35,603 bases of DNA from an archaeon (GTDB lineage Archaea; Nanobdellota; Nanobdellia; Pacearchaeales; GW2011-AR1): contig JBDRNU010000017.1 in the NCBI GenBank assembly GCA_043810775.1, forward strand, positions 1 through 35,603, read 5' to 3'. The notes beneath the pieces were generated by a model. It was not told the DNA's origin and ran no database searches. It was given only the letters and a program-made list of their open reading frames with translations. The translations under genes were made by a program, and so were the position numbers. How positions within the stretch are numbered: the stretch's first letter is position 1; every line of letters begins with the position of its first letter. Of this stretch, positions 16,744 to 25,070 are shown piece after piece.

Positions 16744-18960
16744 ATGAAAAAAGAGAGAGATTATTTTGAATTGTCGAAAGTTTGCTGTTTTCTTGGAAAC
16801 TTTCCGCCAAAAGAATGTGGAATAGCCACTTTTACAAAAGACTTAGCAACAGCAATGAATAAAAAATGGAATCCGAGGCTTAAATCAAGAATCATCGCGC
16901 TAAACGATGAAAGTTGCATTTATAATTATAACAAAAAAGTAGTTCTGGAAATTAACCGGGAAGATATTGAAGAATTTATAAATGTGGCTAAAAAAATAAA
17001 TGAGTCTGAAATTATAAAAATAGTCTGCATACAGCACGAGTTTGGAATCTTCGGGGGAGATTATGGAAGTTATATTATCCCTTTCTTAGAAACAATAAAA
17101 AAACCTGTTGTAACAACTTTCCACAGTGTTCTTCCCAACCCAGATAAAATTAGGAAAAGAATTGTCCAGTATATCTGCTCAAAATCTTCAGGAGTAATAG
17201 TAATGGCTAAAAAAGCTGTGGAGATACTCCATAATGATTATGAAGTCGACCCTGAGAAAATACATGTAATATATCATGGGATCCCAGATGTTCCGTTTCA
17301 ATCTAGGCATATTTCTAAAAAAAATTTAAAACTCGAGAGCAAAACAATCCTTTCAACTTTTGGGTTATTGAGCAGGGGAAAAGGAATAGAGTATATGATT
17401 GAAGCAATGCCTGAACTAATCAAAAAATACCCCAACTTATTATACTTGGTAATAGGGGAGACTCATCCAAATATTCGGCGTGAAGAAGGTGAATCATATA
17501 GGAATGAACTAATGAAAAGGGTAAAAGATTTAGGTTTAACTAATCATGTAAAATTTTACAATAAATATCTCTCACTTCAAGAAATAATCACCTATCTCCT
17601 TGCATCAGATATCTATATCTGCACTAATCTGGATAAAAACCAGATAGTTTCAGGAACTTTGTCATACGCAATGGGCTCTGGAGCTGTAGTTATCTCAACC
17701 CCGAGTGTTTATGCAGAAGAAGTATTATCAGAAGAAAGAGGAATAATCATAAACTTTAAAGACCCTTTTTCATATGCTCAAGCTATTGACAAGGTTCTTT
17801 CAGATGAAGAGCTAAAAGCCAAGCTTCAGGAAAATGCCTACTCATTTAGCAGGCAGATGACCTGGCAAAATGTTGCAACACAGCATTTGAAAATATTTAA
17901 TCAAATAACAAATCTAAGAGAAGATACAGTAAAAAAGTTCCCTTACATAAAACTTAATCACCTAAATAAACTTACAGATGATATAGGAGTTCTGCAATTC
18001 TCAAAGCTATTTGATCCAGACAAAAGTTCAGGATATACAGTAGATGATAACTCACGGGCCCTAATAAGTTCTGTCCTTCATAATAAACTATTCAAGTCAA
18101 AAAATTCCAATAATCTTATAAAGATATATCTTAATTTCCTAGAAAAAAGTCAAAATGAAGAAGGGTGGTTTAACAATATAATAGAAAATAGCAAGGTTTT
18201 ATGTAATAGTGAAGATGCTTTCGGCCGGGCTGTCTGGGCTCTGGGATTCGCAGCTTATAAAAGCGAAAATCCTGAAATAGTTGAAAAATCTAAAAATATG
18301 TTTGAAAAATCTCAAAAGCATATTGAGAGATTAAAATATCCCAGGTCAAGGGCATTTTCATTGTTAGGATTATATAACTACTATAAAAAGTTTTCAAATC
18401 CTGAAACTCTTGAAAAAATAAAAAACATTGCAGATGAGTTAGTAGAATTATATGAAAAAGAGTCATCAAAAAACTGGCAATGGTTCGAACCACATCTAAC
18501 TTACTCTAATTCAAAGCTGCCAGAAGCACTTTTCCTTGCTTATGAGATTACCAAAAATCCAAAATACCTTAAAGTTGCAGAAAAAACACTTAATTTTCTA
18601 TCTGATGTACTGTTTATCAACGGAAAGCTTGCACCAATAGGGCAAAACGGGTGGTATAAAAGAAGTAGTGAACGTGCTTTCTTCGACCAGCAGCCAATAG
18701 ATGCTTCAAATATGGTTCAGACTTATTTAGTGGCATATAATATTACAAAAAATAAAGAATACTACCAAAAAGCTATTCTTTCATTTAACTGGTTTCTTGG
18801 AAAAAATTATCTAAATCAGATGATATATAATGAATCAACAGGTGGTTGCTACGACGGTCTTGCAAAAGAATCTGTAAATCTTAATCAAGGAGCAGAATCA
18901 ACTATATCTTACTTGATTGCAAGACTTATGCTTGAAGAGTCTAAAAAGGGGCTTTTTTAA
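16744..18960 (+). CDS. GT4 (mannosyltransferase-like) glycosyltransferase fused to an (alpha/alpha)6 glycosidase-like domain
   Basis: N-terminal PPKECGIATFT, IQHEFGIFGG, HGIP, FGLLSRGKGIE, GETHP and SGTLSYA. C-terminal GYTVDDNSRAL, WFE..LTYSN, FDQQP and CYDGL...NLNQGAES. Confidence 0.82.
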   Translation: MKKERDYFELSKVCCFLGNFPPKECGIATFTKDLATAMNKKWNPRLKSRIIALNDESCIYNYNKKVVLEINREDIEEFINVAKKINESEIIKIVCIQHEFGIFGGDYGSYIIPFLETIKKPVVTTFHSVLPNPDKIRKRIVQYICSKSSGVIVMAKKAVEILHNDYEVDPEKIHVIYHGIPDVPFQSRHISKKNLKLESKTILSTFGLLSRGKGIEYMIEAMPELIKKYPNLLYLVIGETHPNIRREEGESYRNELMKRVKDLGLTNHVKFYNKYLSLQEIITYLLASDIYICTNLDKNQIVSGTLSYAMGSGAVVISTPSVYAEEVLSEERGIIINFKDPFSYAQAIDKVLSDEELKAKLQENAYSFSRQMTWQNVATQHLKIFNQITNLREDTVKKFPYIKLNHLNKLTDDIGVLQFSKLFDPDKSSGYTVDDNSRALISSVLHNKLFKSKNSNNLIKIYLNFLEKSQNEEGWFNNIIENSKVLCNSEDAFGRAVWALGFAAYKSENPEIVEKSKNMFEKSQKHIERLKYPRSRAFSLLGLYNYYKKFSNPETLEKIKNIADELVELYEKESSKNWQWFEPHLTYSNSKLPEALFLAYEITKNPKYLKVAEKTLNFLSDVLFINGKLAPIGQNGWYKRSSERAFFDQQPIDASNMVQTYLVAYNITKNKEYYQKAILSFNWFLGKNYLNQMIYNESTGGCYDGLAKESVNLNQGAESTISYLIARLMLEESKKGLF

Positions 18961-19799
18961 CTTAGAAATCTCAAGCCTTTAAACTCAAATTTAAAATTAA
19001 TAATCTTCTTCTTGAAAACTTTTTCCATTTTTTTCCTGTCTTCAGTAAAAAATAATACACTGCCTCCACCCCCAGCCCCGCACACTTTGGCAGAAATGGC
19101 GCCGTGTTTTTTCCCTTTTTCAATAAGGTCGTCTACACTCTTGGGCACAATGGATTTATGCAGTTTCTTTCTTTGTTTAGTCTCTTCATCCATTAGCTCA
19201 GCAAAACTAAGAAGTTTCTTCTGTAATAAAGCATTTTTCATCTGATAGGCAATTTCCTTAATTCTAAGAAGATTGTTTGTATTTTTACCCCTTAATAGAT
19301 TGTCAATTGAAAATTTGTTCAGCATTCCAGAATAATGTGCCCCAGTATAAACTAAAACTAATTTTTCCTCAAGCTCATGAATCGTTTTTTTATCTAGATT
19401 AAGAGGGATTACCCTTACACTATCTCCTTTAAATTCAAAAAAATTAATTCCCCCAACAGCAGCTGCATACTGGTCCTGCTTGCCTCCTACTAATCCAGTT
19501 GCCTGCTCTAAATTATAAACACTTTCAGCTAGCTGAATCTTGTCTTTATGCTGTGATATCAAAGCCAGCCATACTAGATTCATAACTCCGCTTGTTCCTA
19601 ATCCGCTGGAAGTGGGAACATTCGCGCTATAACTAAGTCCAACCCCTTTATCATTTGCAAGTAACTTGCCATGAACATAGTGATTAATAGTAGCATTAAG
19701 CACAGCTCCACCATGATCAAATGTAAAAGGTCTAATGTCAGTAGTTCCACCGGCAAAATCAATTCTCACAGGAGCTATTACCTCTTTTATTACTTCCAT
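18957..19799 (-). CDS. GHMP-family sugar(-phosphate) 1-kinase (HddA/fucokinase-like)
   Basis: APVRIDFAGGTTD, PTSSGLGTSG, GGKQDQYAAAVGG and KVCGAGGGG. Start is ATG 19799 (alternative TTG 19808). Confidence 0.85.
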   Translation of the reverse strand: MEVIKEVIAPVRIDFAGGTTDIRPFTFDHGGAVLNATINHYVHGKLLANDKGVGLSYSANVPTSSGLGTSGVMNLVWLALISQHKDKIQLAESVYNLEQATGLVGGKQDQYAAAVGGINFFEFKGDSVRVIPLNLDKKTIHELEEKLVLVYTGAHYSGMLNKFSIDNLLRGKNTNNLLRIKEIAYQMKNALLQKKLLSFAELMDEETKQRKKLHKSIVPKSVDDLIEKGKKHGAISAKVCGAGGGGSVLFFTEDRKKMEKVFKKKIINFKFEFKGLRFLS

Positions 19800-19841
19800 A
19801 TCTATCAAAAGATTTAACTAATTAAAAACCTTTGCCCACTT

Positions 19842-20411
19842 ATGGCTAAAAAAATCTTGGTTATTGTCGCTCATCCAGACGATGAAACTATTTGGATGGG
19901 TGGCTTACTATTAAGAAATAAATCTTGGGACAAGAAAATTATCACTCTTTGCAGAAAAAATGATTCAGACAGAGCTCCAAAATTCAAAAAAGTATGTAGA
20001 ATTTTAAATGCATCATGCTCAATGTCAACTCTAGAAGACACCAAACTCTATCCATTAGAAATTGAAAAAATTATTTCCCGCATAAAAAAGCTGCTGAAAA
20101 ATAAAGATTATGATTATATTTTCACTCACGGAAACAACGGGGAGTATGGGCATATCCGCCACACTGAAGTTCACCGCGCAGTTAATAAAATGATTGCTAA
20201 TAAAGAATTAAATTGCAAAAAGGTTTTTTATTTTTCATATCAAAAACAAGATAAAAATTGTAATATAAACTCCAATGCAGATATTATTATAAAGTTAAAT
20301 TCAAGAGAATTTAATATGAAACAATACCTAATTAAAAAAATTTATGGTTTTTCCAAAGATAGTTTTGAAGTAAAATCATCTCACAATAAAGAGGCATTTG
20401 ACACAAGATGA
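19842..20411 (+). CDS. PIG-L/LmbE-family N-acetylglucosaminyl deacetylase
   Basis: VAHPDDE and FTH...GEYGHIRH metal motifs. Confidence 0.88.
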   Translation: MAKKILVIVAHPDDETIWMGGLLLRNKSWDKKIITLCRKNDSDRAPKFKKVCRILNASCSMSTLEDTKLYPLEIEKIISRIKKLLKNKDYDYIFTHGNNGEYGHIRHTEVHRAVNKMIANKELNCKKVFYFSYQKQDKNCNINSNADIIIKLNSREFNMKQYLIKKIYGFSKDSFEVKSSHNKEAFDTR

Positions 20412-21544
20412 AAGCTTTAGTTCTTTTTCCCTATCCTGTTGAATCTGATGGAGTAAGCTTGCAAGGATCTCTCCTATACAAAGGTCTTCTGCATAATGGG
20501 GTTGAGGTAATTCCTTGCGATTTCAAAAATGGAATTCAAAAAGAATTTTATCTTCGCCACGAAAAGCCCGATGTTGCTTTCGGTGTGGGATTTTGGGGAA
20601 ACGTGCCCCAGATTATTCGCGAGCCTTTTAAATTTGGAATAAAGCCAGTGCCCTGGTTTAACGCTGACGGATGGGTAGCCAACTACAAGGAAGAATTTAA
20701 CAGGCTCGAGCTGATGTTTACCACCTCTAACTGGGTAAGAAGCATATATGAAAGAGATGGTGTTGATGTGAGCAAAATTTACCCAGTGCATATTGGAATA
20801 GACACTGATTTTTTTAAACCAGTAAATGATATAGAAAGAAAGCTTGCAGTGAGACGAATGCTTGGAGTAAAGGACAACGAAAAAATGATTCTAACTATGG
20901 GTGGGGATGTAACTTCAAAAGGAGCTCAAGAAATGTTTCGCGCGCTTAATCTAGTGAATAAAGAGTTTAAAGACTGGAGATATGTCTGCAAGTCCTGGCC
21001 AAGTGAATGTGCCCATGAATGGAGGGAAAAAGAAGAAAGGCTGATTGATGAGCTTGGACTGCATGACAAGGTAGTATTTATAGATGATGAATTTTCTCAG
21101 GAATTTATGGCAGAAGTCTTAAACGCTTGTGATATTTACGCTGCTCCATCCAGAATTGAAGGCTTCGGAATGATACAAGTAGAAGCAATGGCTTGTGCCA
21201 AGCCAGTAATCTCAATTAATGCAGGAGGCCCAGCTGAAACAATTCTCCACGAAAAAACAGGTTTTCTTGCAAAAGTAGCTGAAGAAATTAAGCTCGATGA
21301 AGAATGGGCCTACCCTTCAATGGGATTTTCAACAAAGCAGATTATCAAATTTAATCCTTCAAAAACATTTGCTTATCGAGCCAATATTGAAGATTTAAAA
21401 GAATATACACTAAGATTATTAAATAGTGATGAATTATGCAAACAAATGGGAAAGGCGGGGCGTGAACACACTATCCAAAATATAGATTATAAGGTTACTT
21501 CTAAGAAAATGCTGGACATTACTAAAGAAAAATTAGGGCTTTGA
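20408..21544 (+). CDS. Glycosyltransferase family 4
   Basis: GIDTDFFKP, KG, PSRIEGFGMIQVEAMACAKPVI and GGPAETI.HEKTGFL; ATGA overlap with the PIG-L gene. Confidence 0.9.
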   Translation: MKALVLFPYPVESDGVSLQGSLLYKGLLHNGVEVIPCDFKNGIQKEFYLRHEKPDVAFGVGFWGNVPQIIREPFKFGIKPVPWFNADGWVANYKEEFNRLELMFTTSNWVRSIYERDGVDVSKIYPVHIGIDTDFFKPVNDIERKLAVRRMLGVKDNEKMILTMGGDVTSKGAQEMFRALNLVNKEFKDWRYVCKSWPSECAHEWREKEERLIDELGLHDKVVFIDDEFSQEFMAEVLNACDIYAAPSRIEGFGMIQVEAMACAKPVISINAGGPAETILHEKTGFLAKVAEEIKLDEEWAYPSMGFSTKQIIKFNPSKTFAYRANIEDLKEYTLRLLNSDELCKQMGKAGREHTIQNIDYKVTSKKMLDITKEKLGL

Positions 21545-21681
21545 TTTGCTATTTGTTGATTTAAATTTTGTAAATGTTTATAAGTTGCTCAGTCTTTTAC
21601 TTATTAATAAAAAAGTGAAAATAAATATCTGTTTAATTGCCGGGCATGAGGGGGCACTGAAGCAGTCATAATTAAAAAAAT

Positions 21682-22719
21682 ATGGATTGGATAAAACTAA
21701 ATTCCGCAGTTTCTTACTATGAAAAACCAGCTCTAGGCAAAGTAAATCCTAAAACAAGATACATGGCTCTTTCTATAGATAAATCAACTCTAAAAAATAA
21801 ATTAAAAATAGGAATTGCAAGAGAAATAACAAAATCCCAAGGAAATGTAGACATTCCTGGTTTTATTGACGAATCTAAGTTAGTAATTGTATCAAGCTCA
21901 GATTTAATGAGTTGGAAAAAAGTAAATGATTTGAAAATAAAAAATATTGATAGGATAATAGCAAAAATCTCTTCTAAAGACAAATACTTTATAGGTTTAG
22001 AAGACCCTGACATCTGGCAAGAAGGAAAAATAAAGCATGTTTACTTTACAATTGCATTTAAGTATAAATCTGAACATGGCTATGCTGTTTATCTAGGGCA
22101 TGCACAAGGTAAGTCAATTGAAAGCTTAACTGCAACCTTACCAGTCCTTCAGCCTATAAAATCAGAAAAAATCGATGGTTTCAAAGAAGTTGCAATCTCC
22201 CCTATTAAAACAAAAGAAGGAAGATTTATTTTAAGTGAAGTTGAAATAAAAATGAAAAATAATGATTGGTCAGCAATTGCTGTCTCAAAAGCAAGTAAAA
22301 TGTCTGGAAAATGGCAATTTTTAAAAATCTTGTTAAACCCTCATGAATTAAAATATAATTGGTGCAAAGGGCATCTGTCTCCTTGCTGTTTCTTATCTTC
22401 AAGCTCATCACCAAATAATAATTTATTAGTTGGAATCATAAATGGCAGGCAGCCTTCAAAAATAATCAACAATAAAAAAATCTACAGAAAATTTCGCCCT
22501 GGCTTAATCTTATTCAATCCTCACACAGGTGAAATCCCCTGGATTTCGCCCACTCCTTTATTTGAAGACCCCCAAGCTACAACAATTACATTTGCTTCAG
22601 ATTTTATAGAACTAAGTAGTAATAAAGGGCTCCTCTACTGCCACGTAAATGATTCATTTATCCGAGCATACAAACTCAACTTGAAAGAAATAAAAAAATG
22701 CTTGCTAAACTCTCTTTAA
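21682..22719 (+). CDS. Divergent five-bladed beta-propeller glycosidase/phosphorylase (GH130-like)
   Basis: GLEDPDIW, GFKE and ITFAS...LYCHVNDS blade-like motifs; convergent with a canonical GH130 gene. Confidence 0.55.
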   Translation: MDWIKLNSAVSYYEKPALGKVNPKTRYMALSIDKSTLKNKLKIGIAREITKSQGNVDIPGFIDESKLVIVSSSDLMSWKKVNDLKIKNIDRIIAKISSKDKYFIGLEDPDIWQEGKIKHVYFTIAFKYKSEHGYAVYLGHAQGKSIESLTATLPVLQPIKSEKIDGFKEVAISPIKTKEGRFILSEVEIKMKNNDWSAIAVSKASKMSGKWQFLKILLNPHELKYNWCKGHLSPCCFLSSSSSPNNNLLVGIINGRQPSKIINNKKIYRKFRPGLILFNPHTGEIPWISPTPLFEDPQATTITFASDFIELSSNKGLLYCHVNDSFIRAYKLNLKEIKKCLLNSL

Positions 22720-23838
22720 CTGCCTCATAATTTCTTCTAAAGGCATTTTTTTTGCACTCACCACTCCATCCCCTCCGCCAGAGTAAATAATTATGTCCTT
22801 CCCATCCTTTACAATCCCTGAAGGAAAAATTATCTTTCTGTGATCAAATACACTTTTTTCATATCTCATCATAGGATATAAAACAGGAAAAGGAGCCTTA
22901 GCTATTAGTTTTCTTGGATTCTTTAGATCAAACAAAGCAGCTCCTGCATAATATCCGTCAATAAATTTTGATTCGAGCATTTTTTTTGCATAATCAAGAA
23001 AGGCTTTTCTATACTTTCTTGTCTTAGTTTCCACAACCCCATGATAAAGCAATAACCACCCTTTATCAGTTTTCAAAGGAGGAGGTCCGGCTCCAACTCT
23101 TCCATAATCCCAGCTGCCCCTCTTAGAGATATTTAATGAAAAAGGACTTTCCCATGCTTTTAAATCATCAGAATAGCAAATCCACATATGTGGCTGTACA
23201 AATGAAAAACTCCCTTCAGGCCTGTGAATAGCAACATACTTTCTATTAATTTTTTCAGGAAATAATACAACATCTTTGTTCTGCTGTTCAAAAATAATTC
23301 CCATTCTTTTCCAGTTTTCGCAGTCTCTTGATACAGCATAACTAGTAGAAACCCCTCCCTGCATTGACAGGCTAACATAAGTCATAATATATTTTTTTCC
23401 TATTTTGACTATTCTCGGATCTTCCACCCCAAACTCTCCATCATTTTCCAATCCAAAAAAGCTGGGTTTCTGTTCAATTGATTTGATGCTCAGGCCATCC
23501 TTGTCCAATATTACTCTCCTTAAATGGGAAATAAAGTTTAACCTTTTAGTGCCGTCCCTGAACATAAAATCAAGGTCTCCTCTTTTTCTGATTCTTTGCT
23601 TTTTTATTTTGTCCAATTCAAGCTGAAGTTTTTTCTTGCCTGTAAATCTTGGAGAATAATAAAATTTACCATCAAAATCTTTTTTTACTTTTTCCCAGAT
23701 TCTTACATAAAGAAGAACTTCACCTGATGGAAGTCTTACTGCGCCAGGATTAAAAACACCTAATACTTTAAATTCGTCTGAAGTTGGTTTAACATCTTCA
23801 GGTCTGAATAAAACCTTGTCCTCTTTTATTTTCACCAC
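22705..23838 (-). CDS. GH130-family beta-mannoside phosphorylase/hydrolase
   Basis: VFNPGAV, GVEDPRI, YIMTY, NKDVVLFPEKI, HRP, VGAGPPPLKTDKGWLLLYHGV, IFPSG and YSGGGD. Confidence 0.88.
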   Translation of the reverse strand: MVKIKEDKVLFRPEDVKPTSDEFKVLGVFNPGAVRLPSGEVLLYVRIWEKVKKDFDGKFYYSPRFTGKKKLQLELDKIKKQRIRKRGDLDFMFRDGTKRLNFISHLRRVILDKDGLSIKSIEQKPSFFGLENDGEFGVEDPRIVKIGKKYIMTYVSLSMQGGVSTSYAVSRDCENWKRMGIIFEQQNKDVVLFPEKINRKYVAIHRPEGSFSFVQPHMWICYSDDLKAWESPFSLNISKRGSWDYGRVGAGPPPLKTDKGWLLLYHGVVETKTRKYRKAFLDYAKKMLESKFIDGYYAGAALFDLKNPRKLIAKAPFPVLYPMMRYEKSVFDHRKIIFPSGIVKDGKDIIIYSGGGDGVVSAKKMPLEEIMRQLKRV

Positions 23839-23849
23839 TTTATTTGAAG

Positions 23850-25035
23850 CTACCTCCTCTTGAACTCATGTATATCTTTAATTCTCAGTGAATATAAAGC
23901 TATCCCAAGCATAGCAAGTGCAAATAATATAAATATAAATTTAAAAGGCAAAAACAATAAAATAATTGCTGAAAAAAAAAGTTGCTAAGGCGCTTCCAAC
24001 ATCAATTGCAGTATTATAAGGTCCATAGTACTTATCTCTTTCTTTTTCATTTACAATATCAAAAAAATAAGCCTCAGTAGTGGGCTCAACCATAGATATT
24101 CCAAAGCTGGAAATAACTAAAATAGGGAAAATATAATAAAATTCAGGAAAGAAAAAGCATAAAATAGCTGAAACAAATAAGATTAAATATCCTATTAAAA
24201 ACATTTTCTTAAATCCTTTTTTCCCTGCAAGCTTGCCAAAATAATATTCAGTTAAAATAGTTGGAATAACCACTCCTGCTAAAAACACCCCCACCCATAC
24301 ATCTTCATAACCACTCTCAACAATATAAATTGGAATATAAACATAAAGCAAAGCCATCCAGAAGTTCACAGCACCACCAGTCATATAGGCAAAAACCCTT
24401 TCCCTTTTTTTAAAAAAATCTACAGTTACTTTCACAATATTATAATCAATTCTTTTCTCCTTCCTATTATCATTAATTTTAAACTTCTTAAAAACAAATA
24501 AAGATAAAAATAATAATACTGCTGAATAAAAAAATACAGCTCTAAATCCATATATGCTTACAACATACCCTGCAATTAAAGGTCCAACAAACCAGCCTAA
24601 ATTAAAAATAGAGTAAATCAATCCCTCATTTTTAGAAACCTCCTGCTCTTTTGATTTATCTCTGACAATTATTCCAAAAGTAGTTATCCTTAAGCTGACA
24701 GCCACAGCTAGTAAAACTCCTAAAAATATAACCAAATAAAAATTAGTATAAATTGAAAAAATAAAATAAGATATTATAAATATAAAAATAGATAAGGCAA
24801 ATAATTTGCTTTTGCTGTACTTTTCAACAAAAGGTACAATAAAAAAACAAGCTAAAAGGCTTATTACAGTAAAAAAAGTTGTCAAAAAGCCAACATAAGC
24901 AGCACTATGTAAAAAAGAATCAAGGTAAATTGACCAGATTGCTCCAACTGAAGCCAACCCTATTAAAGACACTAAATAAGAAGCCCCTAACTTATCTATT
25001 GCCTTAAACCTAATACCTCTTTTTCTCAAATGCAT
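23850..25035 (-). CDS. MFS transporter, frameshifted at A9 run 23972-23980 (sequencing error, pseudogene or phase variation)
   Basis: MFS motifs (PFVEKYSK, GWFVGPLIAG, FGKLAGKKG). The called ORF stops at 23941. Deleting one base from the 9-mer extends it with SAIILLFLPFKFIFILFALAMLGIALYSLRIKDIHEFKRR* to 23850. Confidence 0.8.
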
Positions 25036-25070
25036 AAAATAAAATGGGAATATATATTTTTAATTCTTTG

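Noticed and set aside
18957-19799. GDP-heptose (HddA-GmhA-GmhB-HddC) pathway or mevalonate kinase
   Set aside because: No isomerase, phosphatase or nucleotidyltransferase partner is nearby, and the RIDFAGG..D / GKQDQY motifs favour a sugar kinase; substrate left open.
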